Source: Oikopleura dioica (Eukaryota > Animalia > Chordata). From it: a DNA stretch of 64,000 bases. Positions 52,494 to 64,000 of the stretch are shown piece after piece (the first letter of the stretch is position 1; every line of letters starts with the position of its first letter). A program made the translations under genes and the position numbers. The notes beneath the pieces are model-generated. The model was given only the letters and a program-made list of their open reading frames with translations, did no database searches and was not told where the DNA came from. The stretch is from contig OU015567.1 of the NCBI GenBank assembly GCA_907165135.1, forward strand, positions 1,116,001-1,180,000. Direction: 5' to 3'.

Positions 52494-54174
52494 TTTGAAA
52501 ATCTGTGTGGCTGGAATAGGACCTTGGAGTCTATTGAAACCGCTGGCAAGGGACGGGAGGGCTCGATTTAGCAAAGAGGGAGACAACTGTGCAAGAGGCA
52601 GCGCAGTTGACTCTTTTTGACACTATAAATGGGTACCGCTGCGGGGGAGAGAGCAGATGACTGATATCGTTGATGAGTCAAGTTAAAAAGCTTTGCCAAA
52701 AGTTCAAAGGCTAGAGCTGAATGATAAATTATTATTTAATAATTCAGTATTTTCAATCGTAAAGAAAGGATTATGCAAGGATGATTTTTATCTGATAACT
52801 AAACTCTCGATGAAACAAAAGAAAAAGTACTGCATCCGAAAGTGAACTCAGAATGGAGACATTACAATGATGTGATTGCGCAAAACATATGGTTTTCGAA
52901 TAATCTAACCCAGTTCTCATGAATTTTTTCCCTGAAAAATATGGACTTATTATTCTGAAAGTCTGATTATCTTTAGTATAAAAGAAGGTTCTCCTAAGTT
53001 TTGGCACCGCAAAAATAAAGATGCAAATAATTTTTACTCTCTTTTTACTTCAATTTGGAACAGCTCAAATGTTTTTGACACGAAAATGGAAGAGAAGCTT
53101 CATGCAAGACTACCTGAACAACCGGAATGAAGCCGTCGAATTTCAAAAGAAGCAGCTCCATGACAATGGAATGTCATGGTTTTGACGTTATCTTCTCTCA
53201 AAAAGACTTTGATTGAATAAAAAATATCAAAAATCTCGTTATCACCGTGAAATGGTAAAAAGTCAAGCCCTAAAAAGGGCTAAGTAATTCTCAATTTTTT
53301 TTATTAATCCCTTGGTTTAGGAAAAATATCCGTCGACCTCTTTCCTCATAATAACTCGTGCGAAAGCAGATTGCTTTTTTTATCTAAAAATATTTTTTTA
53401 ATAAGAGTAGAAGGTAAAGCCAACTGTACTTACCACATCGGAAGAGCTTCCCCAAAAACTCACAAATCGCATATGAAGCACTCCCGCTCTTCCTGCCGTT
53501 TAAATATGCCAAGGTGAGAAGCACAACGAAATTTTCTTTCTAGACCTTCGCTTCTGCAAACTGCTGCGCCGCTTCTCCAAAAGATCGCCTTTTTTCTCTA
53601 GATATGCCCGAGCTTCTCACCAAAGCGTATAAAAACGGAGGTAAAGTGGGAATCAACCATACTGAAGATTTCCTCTTCGGGAGGAGGATTTCCCCAGAAA
53701 CACGCCGTGAAGTCGGTGCAGAGCGAATTTCCCCTCAAAGCGCAGGGACACAAGAAAAGTCCCAAGAAGAAAGCCCTTATCAGGGCTACAAATTTCAATA
53801 AGAACTGCCGCTCCAGTTCTCGTTCGGCGTATTTTCGGTAGAATTCCTATTTGCAATATTTATTGAGTGTTTTTTCAAAACAAGATAATTCGATAATAGA
53901 GTCAAAAACTCCATTATCGAAAAACTACAAGTAACGAAAGGGATATTATTCCAACAAGTCCATCTTTTTTGAAATGTCGTCATTTTAAGATCAACATCTA
54001 CTCAGGATGTGCATAATTAACTAAAACGGCCCTCAATGTTAATCAAGTGACTCCCGGTTTTGCGGAGAGTTTTCGTTAGTATAATACATTTTAGCTAATT
54101 CATAATTAACAGCCACTCTCTCTACTGATCTCATTTGACTAACCACATTATTCTTCAAAACGCGCTGGTCGCCG

Positions 54175-54182
54175 TATATAAA
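54175..54182 (+). promoter_or_regulatory. TATA box of the neuropeptide-like gene
   Basis: TATATAAA about 100 nt upstream of ATG 54277. Confidence 0.5.
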
Positions 54183-54276
54183 AACGGATCAGGCGAAACT
54201 TCGAAATAAGACATCATCAGATCGAAATTGACACTTTCGCATATCGACGCTTCATATTTTTTTCAAAAAAGAGAAG

Positions 54277-54812
54277 ATGTTGCTTAAATTATTTTATTTC
54301 TTCTCAGTCGCTGTTTTTAGTGTCACGTGAGTAAGAAACAATTGTTTAACATCCGAGAATTTTACGTAAGGGGGAATTATTGGTAAAAAAAATTTTTGAT
54401 TTGGAAACCATAAATTCTTGATAAAAAGGAAAATATGATTTTTTGAAAGAAGTTACAGTTGAATAAAAATTTTTAAATTCTATAATTGCTTCATGCATAT
54501 TTTGTGATTTTTCTTTATGGGATAGGATATATTTGCATAGGAATAATGCAAGTTATTCAATAGCAACAGCAATAAAATAAAAGAGCTTACAAAACTTTCA
54601 GAAAAGCCAGCTACGTCTACGATGATCTGATGGAAAAGCGCCAGTACTTCAACAACATGCTTCCAGAAATGTCTGTAATGGAGGTAACAATGCCCCTTTG
54701 ATCTTTCAAAATTCATTTTTCTTACTTTCAGCCAGTGTTTGGCCGAAGAAAAGCCACCCTGAGAAGACGACTTCAAAACTACATCCGAGCAAATCGCCGT
54801 TCAAGTGTCTAA
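54277..54812 (+). CDS. Putative amidated neuropeptide precursor (3 exons)
   Basis: Exons 54277-54326, 54602-54683 and 54732-54812 give MLLKLFYFFSVAVFSVTKA-SYVYDDLME-KR-QYFNNMLPEMSVMEPVF-G-RRK-ATLRRRLQNYIRANRRSSV*. Confidence 0.7.
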
Positions 54813-54971
54813 CTCCTGTTAGAAATGAAATAAAAGAAGATTTTAAAAGAATAAATTTTGTAAGGGATTGTTTGTTAATTTGATACCGATCACGCGCCAA
54901 GCCAGAGCTCCGGCGGCGCTCGCGGAGACTCAGATTCCTGAAAGATAAAAAATCAGAGAAAACGAGAAAAA

Positions 54972-56899
54972 ATGATCATGGAAAGCGACGAGGTAGATTC
55001 TTTTGATGAAAGTATTTTAATAAAATAAGTTGATCGAAACGAACAAGCCGTCAAAATCAATCAAATCAATCAATGAAAATGGAGCCTCTGGTTTTCAACG
55101 ATTTTGGGCTCAAGAAGCTAATCGGCTGATTGTTTTCACTCTTGCCGGTGTGATTTTTGGAGTGAGTCTTGGAATACTGCTGATTAGTGTTGCTGATTTG
55201 TCGGAAGATGTCATCGGATACATTGAATATCCGGGGGAGATAATGATGAGGAACGGGGCTCTAGAATTTATAAGAAAAATATGTTTTTTTTCTTTAGATT
55301 TTTTGACAACAAAAGGTGTCTTTTATTGAAGAATTTGACATTTAGTAGGCCGTTTTCTCCGAATTCCTTAGTCTGAGAGCAGCTCGAGTCCAAGTTTAAT
55401 TGCCCTCTCGATCAAAATTTAAAAAAAGAAGCCCTGATTAAAGAGCGCTGAAATGCGTAGTCATGCCGTTGATAATAACCTCCTTGATTTCGGGCTTGGC
55501 GAGCATGGACCCAAAAACGTCGGGAAAGCTCGGAATTAGGGCGATGACGTATTATTTGTCGACGACGATGTGTGCGACTATTTTGGGTATGATCCTCGTC
55601 AGCATCAGTAAACCTGGATCATACGCGGAAAAACAACTTTGCTCGGAAAACATCACGGCCAATTGTGTCGTTTACGAGCCCAGTCACGTGTCAACCGTCG
55701 ATACTTTCCTGGACATCGGCCGAAATCTCTGCCCCGACAACGTCTTCGCCGCTACTTTTCAACTCGACAAGACGGTAATTGAAGAAACTAAAGAAGGAGC
55801 AGTTCAGAAGAAACGGATCAAGACGGCTTCTCCCAACGTTCTTGGCTTAATTTCCTGCGCGCTGCTGATCGGGATTTGTATGCAGTTGCAACAAACGGAC
55901 GAAAACGTTGTTTTGGTCATCAAACTTGTGGACGGTATGAACAAGTTGCTAATGAAGGCCGTGAAAATGATTATTTGGGGATGGGTTGCCAAAGCTATCA
56001 TTGAAATTATTTAATTGCCAGCCTAGGACTTCTATCGCTTAAAATTTAGTTTCAACCTTTTTAAAGACCACTCCAATCGGAATCGGCTCGTTGATTTGCG
56101 GCTCTATCGTCAAATACGCTGGTGCTTCGACGATTTCCACGATGATCGGAATCTACACTGTGACAATTCTCGGCGGCCTCGCTTTCCATGCTCTGGTCAT
56201 CTTGCCTTTGGCTTATTTTTTCTTTACACGGAACAATCCTTTCAGAATCTACAGTGGCCTCGCTTCAGCTGTTGTTACTGCTTTTGGCACGTCAAGTTCG
56301 GCGGCTACTTTGCCTCAGACTATGTCTTGTCTTGAAGGTAAGATCATCGCATTTTTCAATTTCGTGATATTTCTCCTAGAAAACCTGAAAATGGACATCC
56401 GAGTGACCCGATTTATGCTCCCTCTTGGCGCAACAATGAACATGGACGGAACTGCTCTTCTAGAAGGCGTCGCGGCCATCACAATCTCTCAAATTTACTC
56501 CTCAAATTTGCAGTTTTCCGATTACTTTACAATTTCGCTGACTGGTAAGAATCGCATGTTAATATCATTTGGCTTATTTTGCTTTGGCTAGCAACACTGG
56601 CCTCGGTCGGAGCGGCTTCGATTCCGTCCGCGGGCTTGGTGACGCTCGTTCTCGTCGTTTCCGCGCTTGGCTTGCCCACAACAGGTTAATTTAATTTTCT
56701 TTGGAAACAACTTTGTCGAAACTGCAAAAGTTTGGATTTGAAATCGACAAGTTCAAATTTCAAATTATCTTTAGACATTGGAATCCTGTTCAGCGTAGAA
56801 TGGGTGCTCGACCGATGCCGTACCGTTGTGAACGTTTTAGGCGACTCCATCGGCGTTGGAATAATAAACCATTTGTCACGTGACGACTTACTTCAATGA
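54972..56899 (+). CDS. SLC1A: SLC1 excitatory amino-acid transporter (EAAT-like)
   Basis: [87 protein letters not shown] (Arg specificity residue of acidic-substrate members). Confidence 0.93.
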
Positions 56900-56941
56900 C
56901 CATCATAACAAATCCGAACATTCCGCCGAACTTTGTGAACA

Positions 56942-57333
56942 TAGTAGGGGGGTTATTCTTCGAGCTATCCATGACGGTTAGGGTTAGGGTTATCCCCTGA
57001 ACCCCGTAGAGGGAAGGGTTAGGGTTAGGGTTAGGGTTTTTTTCTGCCGCTGATTTTCGGCATTTTGAGCCAAAAAGTCCCTTATCTTGGTGTCCCTTAT
57101 TTCGGTATCCGACTGGAATAGGGCTCAGAATGCGCTCCGCGTCTGAGTTTATAGAGAAACTCATTTGGGAAGAGGGGTTATCATTCGAGCCATCAAATGT
57201 CTCTAGAATCTTGGCAAGTGGTAAGGGTTAGGGACTAGAAAGTCTTAGTTAGGGGTCAAGGGGGCGAAGCCCCCTTTTTTAGGCCTTAGGTTGGGTTAGG
57301 GTTAGGTTCAGCTCGAATGATAACCCCCTACTA
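56942..57333. mobile_element. MITE-like element with TAGTAGGGGG termini carrying internal TTAGGG arrays
   Basis: Left TAGTAGGGGGGTTATTCTTCGAGCT, right AGCTCGAATGATAACCCCCTACTA; internal (TTAGGG)2-3 tracts and a GGGGCGAAGCCCC hairpin. Confidence 0.65.
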
Positions 57334-58649
57334 CCCTGAACTCTTACCAAAACCAGTCGCCCTCGTCCCCCTGACCTTTCACTCCCTCCCCTCCCCCCCG
57401 TTAAGAGTTCCCATTCTGTCACCATAAACACAAGCCCAAATTCTAGAGAGATCGGATGGTAAGAAGGATAATCCCTCTCTAACTCTTTGAATAAAAATAA
57501 TAAACTTTGATTGTCTCTTAATCTGATTCTCTTGCTCCATTCAAACTGAAAAATAAAAGCATGATATCCTCATTCCTTTTAAAGCGCTTGAAACTCTTAT
57601 GTTCATGAAAAAGCTGATCCAAATATAAACCAGCTGGGCCGTCAAAAAAGGGGTTAATTCTACGTCGCGTTGTATATTTTCATCAGCCGGGGAGCAATGA
57701 AAATGATTTCGTTGAACAATCTTGACATTAATACAAACAGATGGATGAAAAAAAAGAATCTCTTTATTTTGAGTTAAACTTCCGGTATCAACCCTTTTTT
57801 CGGCAAAATCAATTGATTTTCATCGGATATTTTTGTAGTCTATTTTGAGTAAATATCAGCGCAAGTTTGGCCTCGCGAAATGGGTTGGGTTTGCATTTTC
57901 CGTAAAATTGTTGCGATGCAATTATCGGAAAATGGTATTTTCCGAATACTCGTTTGTTGTGACTCGCAATACGCCGTCAGAGGAAAATCGAATATCAAAT
58001 TGAGTCATGTTAACTTTACGAAGGTCGAATTTGTTTATGCCGCTTTTCGAATTCACTTCGGTGAGCATTTTTCTCTCTAATTAAATTCTCTCTTGCTGAT
58101 AAAGATTTTTTTTTTGCTCTCATAAAAGCTAGATTTTCTGGTGAAATCTTCCTGAATAACCCCATTCTCGAAGTTTAGGAGCATGATTTTGTCATGATGA
58201 TCGAACTTTTTTTACAGCATGATGAAAGTTTTCATCAAAAAAAAGTTCGACTCACAGACGATATTATGACTGAAGGTTGCATTGGAACAGACCAATTCTT
58301 CTAAAATATAAAGCTTGAATTGGTCCCACCCTTTTTTATCGATTTGGGATTAGGGTTAGGGGCTGGGCAGGGTTTGAAAAGTCACAAATTTTGACTGAGC
58401 ATGAGCACGGCTGAGCACGGAGAGCTCAAATCTTGACTGAGCATGAGCACGGCTGAGCACGAAGAGCTCAAATTTTGGCTGAGCCTGAGCACGATTGAGC
58501 ATTTGCGTGCTCAAATTAAGCTGAGCCTGAGCATGATTGAGCATTTGCGTGCTCAAATTAAGCTGAGCCTGAGCATGATTGAGCATGCTCAATGCTCATG
58601 CTCAGTGCTCACAGCATGCTCAAGCAATCTTGCTTCATAAAAGAACACA

Positions 58650-59395
58650 AAAAATCAAGGAACGGGGCTGTCAAGCCCCTTAAATTCAAAAATCAAGGAA
58701 CGGGGCTGTCAAGCCCCTTAAATTCAAAAATCAAGGAACGGGGCTGTCAAGCCCCTTAAATTCAAAAATCAAGGAACGGGGCTGTCAAGCCCCTTAAACT
58801 CAAAAATCAAGGAACGGGGCTGTCAAGCCCCTTAAATTCAAAAATCAAGGAACGGGGCTGAGAGGGTGACGGCTGAAACCATTCTTTATAAAGAATGGTT
58901 CTTTTCGCAAAGAATGGTATCCGCCGTAATTAGCGCGGTGACGGCGGAAACCATTCTTTGTTCTAGAAACAATTTGTTTACCGAAAATGAATTTTTTATT
59001 GAAATTTATTGTAAAAAAATTATTTTTTTATTTAAATATTGGTTTTTTATGAACTGGTTTAGTCACAGAGTTTCCTCAAAGACAGGCGCGGAGCGCACAC
59101 CCGCTCGTTGACTGAATTTCACATCGGCTGCTTAGCCCAATTCTGATTCCCGAAAAGAACCATTCTTTATTTTTCGAAAGAAAAAGAACCATTCTTTGAT
59201 TTTCAAAGAATAGTTCTTTTGCAAAGAACCATTCTTCATAAAGAATGGTTTCCGCCGTCAACCGGCTGAGACGGCCCGAAGGGCCGTCAAGCCCCTTAAA
59301 TTCAAAAACCAAGGAACGGGGCTGAGACGGCCCGAAGGGCCGTCAAGCCCCTTAAATTCAAAAATCAAGGAACGGCGCTGAGACGGCCCGAAGTT
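58650..59395. repeat. Tandem array of a 38-bp unit (~5.5 copies) and a 56-bp hairpin-bearing variant (~2.5 copies), split by an insertion
   Basis: AAAAATCAAGGAACGGGGCTGTCAAGCCCCTTAAATTC at 58650-58860; variant with GAGACGGCCCGAAGGGCC at 59264-59395. Confidence 0.9.
58864..59263. mobile_element. 400-bp MITE with 8-bp TSD and GG termini (Merlin-like)
   Basis: GGCTGAGA-GGGTGACGGCTGAAACCATTCTT ... AAGAATGGTTTCCGCCGTCAACC-GGCTGAGA. Confidence 0.8.
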
Positions 59396-61767
59396 TAAAA
59401 ATAAAGAAAAGAAGAAAAATTTTGCTCAAACGTGCTCAGAGCATTTGAGCACGGATTTCAGAGACTCGTGAGCATGAGCACGGTTGAGCACGCGAATGCT
59501 CAGATTTTATTGAGCTTGAGCGCGGCTGAGCACGCGAATGCTCAGATTTTATTGAGCTTGAGCACGGCTGAGCACGACATGCTGGAATTTCCGTTGAGCT
59601 TGAGCACGCTGAGCATGCTCAGTGCTCATGCTCAGTGCTCTGAGCATGCTCATGCTCAGACTTTTCAAACCCTGGGGCTGGGAGTGCCTACTGTTAGGGT
59701 TTTTGGGGGGGGGTCCCGGGGGCTTAGTCCCCTAGGCTAGGCTTTAGGGTTAGGGGGTCATACTAATTTTAGCCTAATTATAGAATAATTGGTCCTTGAC
59801 CAACTCTTATTGAATACTTCCATTAGGACAAACCTCGGTTAATTGCTTCAAATTTGATTGACTGAAAATGGCAATTTTGAAAAAAATTCTTCAAAAAAAA
59901 ATTTTTTCTTAGGAAAATTTTGTGTTTGGATAATTTCTTGTTTTCTACTTTTTGACAAGATGTTGGATTTGTCCCCTTTCCGATTTGATTTTTGGTATGA
60001 TGTTTATAATAGGTCTTGCAAACGCTGTTCTATTTTTGCCCGATCTGGCTGACAAGAAAACAAGAAGCAAGTATCCGCCTGATCAACGTGGCGCCTCGAT
60101 TAGATTAAAACGTTTTTAGATTGCTGAATTCTCGTGTAGTCTCGTATTATGCCGATTCGAATGGCTTTCAATAAGGAAAACGAGACGATTTGTTTTGCCA
60201 GAAAACACGCGACCGGGTGTTGCCGCTTGTTTCCACCAGAAAACTGCCATGTTTGCTCCTTCCACTTAGATGAACCCTTTTTAGCCTCATTACCAGGATG
60301 AGAAAGAAGGATATGACATCAAATTTTGGTTGTGTCACAGTTAATTACAGATTTCTTTTAATGACCTTCTATGAGGATGATTCGGCAAACAAGCTGAGTT
60401 TTGAGATGGTGTCACGAATCAACAAAAATCTTGACAAATTTTCCTGGGCGACTAATCTGCTGCTGATTCGCTGGTGAGCCGTATCTAGGGTTTTGATTGG
60501 GTAAAAATTTTAACGCAAAATTTGTCGGGATTTTTGTCGGTTCCTAACATCTCTCCTTAGTTTCGGCTAAATTTCTGTTTTATCAACAAAAGTTTGATTT
60601 TATGGTCACTGATTGGACAAGGCGGGTATTTTTCGTGACAAAAATGATTGAATAGCGCCGCTTTCCGCCGTCCAGTGCCGCCCGAAATCGCTGTTTCCGA
60701 AGATATCTGGCCTTTTAAAATAAGGGTGTCACTATGTTAGCCTTCGGGGAATTTGGAGAAGCCCTGATTCATCGTCTTGCCAATAAATTATCATTTACCA
60801 AAGTCGTCATTTTCCAGTTCTCACCTCCTGTTGATGCCCAATTTTCAAGTTTAGCCCCGCCTTCGTTTTATAAATAATAAAATACTCAAACGCGGTTGAA
60901 AAGCAAAATTTAAAGCGATTAACTCTTTGCGGATTCAAGTCGAGTATTTATCCCTCAAACAGGCCCGGGATGGCTAAAACGGTCGGGAAGCGCTGAAAAT
61001 GTTCTTTTTAAATGCCGAGACCCGGCAAACTTCAAGTTGACTTTATTTTCGTGAACCTCAGCGCTTTGAAACCGAAGTAACTCTCTCTTTTGTGTTCACA
61101 AGATTCGAGCATCTGATACAACGAGAATTCCAATGTTCCCAAAATTAGATACCGCTGAAAGAGCAGTTTTTCGATAAGCATAAATCCGCCCAATGAGCCC
61201 TATGCGATGCAGTTTATCGTGTTTTTACAAAACACTTTTCCATATTTTTGGCTACAAATCTTCCTTCGTTTTTTCATTCCTTTCCGGGTAAAAGAAACAT
61301 CTGCTCAACTCGTGACTTTTCCAGTAGTTCAATAAAAATCCAGAAATAGAAATTTCGCTGCGAAAATGCTACCGCTCAGCTCAACTCAGCAATTTTAAGG
61401 TCAGCTCAGCTCGATGTTTCTTTAAAAGAAGCCAGCTCAGCTCAATTTTGACCTCAGCTCAGGTCAGAAAATTTTTCGAAAATTTGCAGTTCTGAGTTGA
61501 ATGATTGGTTGACCTTCTTTTCATCTTACCAAAGATTGTCACAAGATTTGTTTTTGATCAAATTAATCCATGATCCTTTCATTTGAACTTTCCTTCGTCT
61601 CGTGAGATCAGAGTTTGGATCTTATCAAAAATTGGCTCTGGAATGGGGGAGCGGCCTTGCCACAGCGCCACTCGCGGCCGCAAACGCCGATCGAATAAAA
61701 CTCTGCATCCGTCTGATTCGAGGCATCATTGCTTTTAGGTCGTCCTCACGGAAAGATCTAAAGCACG

Positions 61768-64000
61768 ATGAAGCTTTTTAATGCACTTATCGTAGCCACC
61801 CTCGCGGGGAAGGGAGGCAAGAAGAAGGCTGGTAAGTACAGAAACAGAGAAAAAGAGAAATTGAAAAAACGAACGAAGAAATATTTTTATTGGGCGATTC
61901 GATTATAATTTTTGTTTAAAAAGATGATTATTTATATTTCTAGAAAAAATATTTTTAGACAAAATAAATTTACGTTCAGTAAAAATATCATCTAGTTTTC
62001 GTGCCAAATGAACATCATTTTTAAGAGCGTGAAGCCGCCAAGGCCGCTGCCAAGGCTGCCGCCGAAGCTGCCGAAGCCGCTGCTGCTGCCGCCGCGGCTG
62101 CTGCTGCTGAAGCCGAGCGACTTGCTTTCGAGCCCGAGGATGACCACATCTACCCCGGTGGTATCATCCAGGTCGATGCCTACGGTGACAACGAAGAACT
62201 CGAGTGGACCGTTCTTGCAAACGACGCTGATTTTAACTCGCTCACCTTCCAGTTCACCGAGATGAACATTGACTGGCGAAAAGACGGTTGTGACGACTAC
62301 GTCAAAATTCAGCCATACTCTGAATTGGGCGAAGAGTTGACTCCAGCTATCTTCTGCGGCCCCAACGGCCAGGAAACCCCATTTATGGTCATGGAAGACC
62401 CCATCTTCCCATACCAGAAGGGACGTGGACAAAAGGGATGGAACTTCCAGTGGGACACCTACGGTGCCCGAGCTATCGTCACTTTCGTCTCTGATGACGC
62501 TGGTAACGGCGGTAGCTTCACCCTCAAGGTCAACGAGGTGAAACGAGAGAACCCATGCCGAACTCGAGCCGATTGCATCCACGTCGGAGACGAGAAGCAC
62601 ATTTGCGACTTCAACGAACTCACCAAGGAGAAGGTCTGCACTGAAGTCGACTGCACCAACCACCGACACTGCAAGGACGGTTCCGGCCCAGACGGTATCG
62701 TCGAGACTTGCCGAGACAACAAGTGCGGTATTGTTGAATGTACTTCCCGAGACCATTGTGGAGATCAACAGGTCTGTGAGAACACTGCTTGCGTTGATGT
62801 CGAATGCCGAAGCCACTCTCACTGCCCACGACATGCTGATGGCCGACCTCAGCGATGTAACGCCACCAAGTGCGAGCCTGTTGAGTGCCTTGGCAAGAGC
62901 GATTGCGGCGACACTGGCATCTGTGACGCAAACGTATGCACCAACCACGAATGCCTCGGTCACGCTTCCTGCGAGGACGACTTCCCAGGCAAATGTGCTG
63001 ATGGTATCTGCAAGTGCGAGGGACGCAAGTGTATTGTTAAGGAGTGCACCAAGCACGCTCACTGCCCCGATGGCGGTCTTTGCGACAACAACCCTAACAA
63101 CAACCCAACCTTCGAGTGCTACAACGAACACCCTGATGGAGCCAAGACTTGCCGATCGCACGCTCAGTGTGGTGCCAAGGCCAAATGCGAGAACAAAAAG
63201 TGTGTCGCTGTCGAGTGCCGAACCAACGGTGATTGCTTGGGCAAAACTGGAGCCAACGCCTGGCGATGTGCTGACGAATCTTTCCCTGAGGAAGAACAGA
63301 ACAAGTGCTACGCCGTCGGATGTAACAAGCACGACCAGTGCGGTTCCAAATCTGTCTGCATCGATAACGAATGTGTTCCAACTGAATGCCGAACTAACGC
63401 TGATTGCGATGGAAACGCTCTTTGCGATCGACCAGACAAAGCTGATCCAACCAAGAACTCTTGCAAGCCTGTCGATTGTGTTGGCCACAAGGCCTGTTTG
63501 ACGCACAGCAATGCTGATTGCCAGGCCGGTAAATGTCTCTGCCTCCAGAACCAGTGCAAGCCACAGACTTGTGTTACCTCTGCCCACTGTGGCGCCAAAG
63601 AGCGATGCCACAACAACCAGTGCGTTGAAGCTCAATGCTCCGGTCATGGTCACTGTGCTGAGGCTATCCCCGACGGAAATGGTGGATTCAAGCCAGCCAA
63701 GTGCTTCCCCAACTGTGAAACCATCAAGGGCCGAAAGTACTGTCTTCCAGAGTGCCGAGCAGTTGAATGCCGAGTCGAAGCTGATTGCGACCCAAGTGTC
63801 CCAGAAATTTGCGATAAGAAAACCAATACTTGCAAGAAGGTTGGATGCCGAGGACACTCCTTCTGCCAAGACCAAGAACTTTGCCAAAACAACGAGTGTG
63901 TCTTGCAGGAGTGCACCACCAACGCCCACTGCGATGCCAGCAACAGCGAGGTCTGCAAGGACAACAAGTGCGAAAAGGTTGGCTGCATTGGTCACGCCGC
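61768..64000 (+). CDS. Secreted protein: signal peptide, Lys/Ala-rich helix, CUB-like domain, long array of 4-Cys repeats; runs off the window end
   Basis: Exon 1 61768-61831 (MKLFNALIVATLAGKGGKKKA); exon 2 open from 62026 to 64000: EAAKAAAKAAAEAAE..., YGDNEELEW...GCDDYVKI...FCG...VTFVSDDAG, then repeats like ECRTNADCDGNALC. Absent from the supplied ORF track, probably because it has no stop in the window. Confidence 0.88.

Larger units (their letters stand above)
58368..59674. mobile_element. hAT-type non-autonomous element with 8-bp TSD, containing nested insertions
   Basis: GGGCTGGG-CAGGGTTTGAAAAGTC ... GACTTTTCAAACCCTG-GGGCTGGG; arms full of TGAGCA/TGCTCA repeats. Confidence 0.85.

Noticed and set aside
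52780-53801. Possible small plus-strand multi-exon gene
   Set aside because: Splice-like sites exist but I found no consistent frame or recognisable domain.
56977-57305. TTAGGG arrays as a true telomere or fusion point
   Set aside because: Only 2-3 units per tract, no head-to-head inversion, and genes continue on both sides.
58650-58860. Regular 38-bp repeats resembling a CRISPR array
   Set aside because: Head-to-tail units with no unique spacers, in a eukaryote, nested in a MITE.
59880-60480. CxxC-containing fragments and one exon-like segment
   Set aside because: Short, disconnected frames; insufficient support.
60955-61040. GC-rich tRNA-like stretch
   Set aside because: No cloverleaf, acceptor stem or TTC T-loop.
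61992-63995. 667-aa minus-strand ORF
   Set aside because: Antisense shadow of the codon-biased plus-strand Cys-repeat exon; no domain signal.

Overview
Gene-dense eukaryotic window, almost certainly from the larvacean tunicate Oikopleura (inferred from chordate-type genes, many 33-60 nt introns, repeated non-canonical GA-AG/GG-AG introns, operon-like spacing and TTAGGG tracts). About 25 spliced protein-coding genes were reconstructed by hand: NCAM, a calmodulin-like protein, a secreted M15 peptidoglycan-peptidase-like protein with defensin-like modules, a PAN-domain receptor, myosin regulatory and essential light chains, an orphan 7TM protein, a rolling-stone-like protein, a GnRH precursor, a carotenoid cleavage oxygenase with a signal peptide, a gamma-butyrobetaine-dioxygenase-like enzyme, an EF-hand protein, an IGFBP-N-like peptide, an O-fucosyltransferase-like protein, a 2OG-Fe(II) oxygenase, PP2A-B56, an LXR-like receptor, NCLX, a CUB-MAM-CCP GPI protein, a cbEGF/fibulin-like protein, an unrecognised amidated-neuropeptide precursor, an EAAT, and a CUB plus Cys-repeat secreted protein truncated by the window end. 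There is one tRNA-Ser(CGA) and many non-autonomous DNA-transposon derivatives, some nested or sitting in telomere-like tracts. Top leads: the defensin-like/M15C peptidase fusion, a GnRH ending in Ser-amide, a pGlu...PVF-amide precursor, the secreted carotenoid oxygenase and a 6-nt NCAM hinge microexon. All exon models are manual and not confirmed by transcript data; novelty could not be checked against databases.
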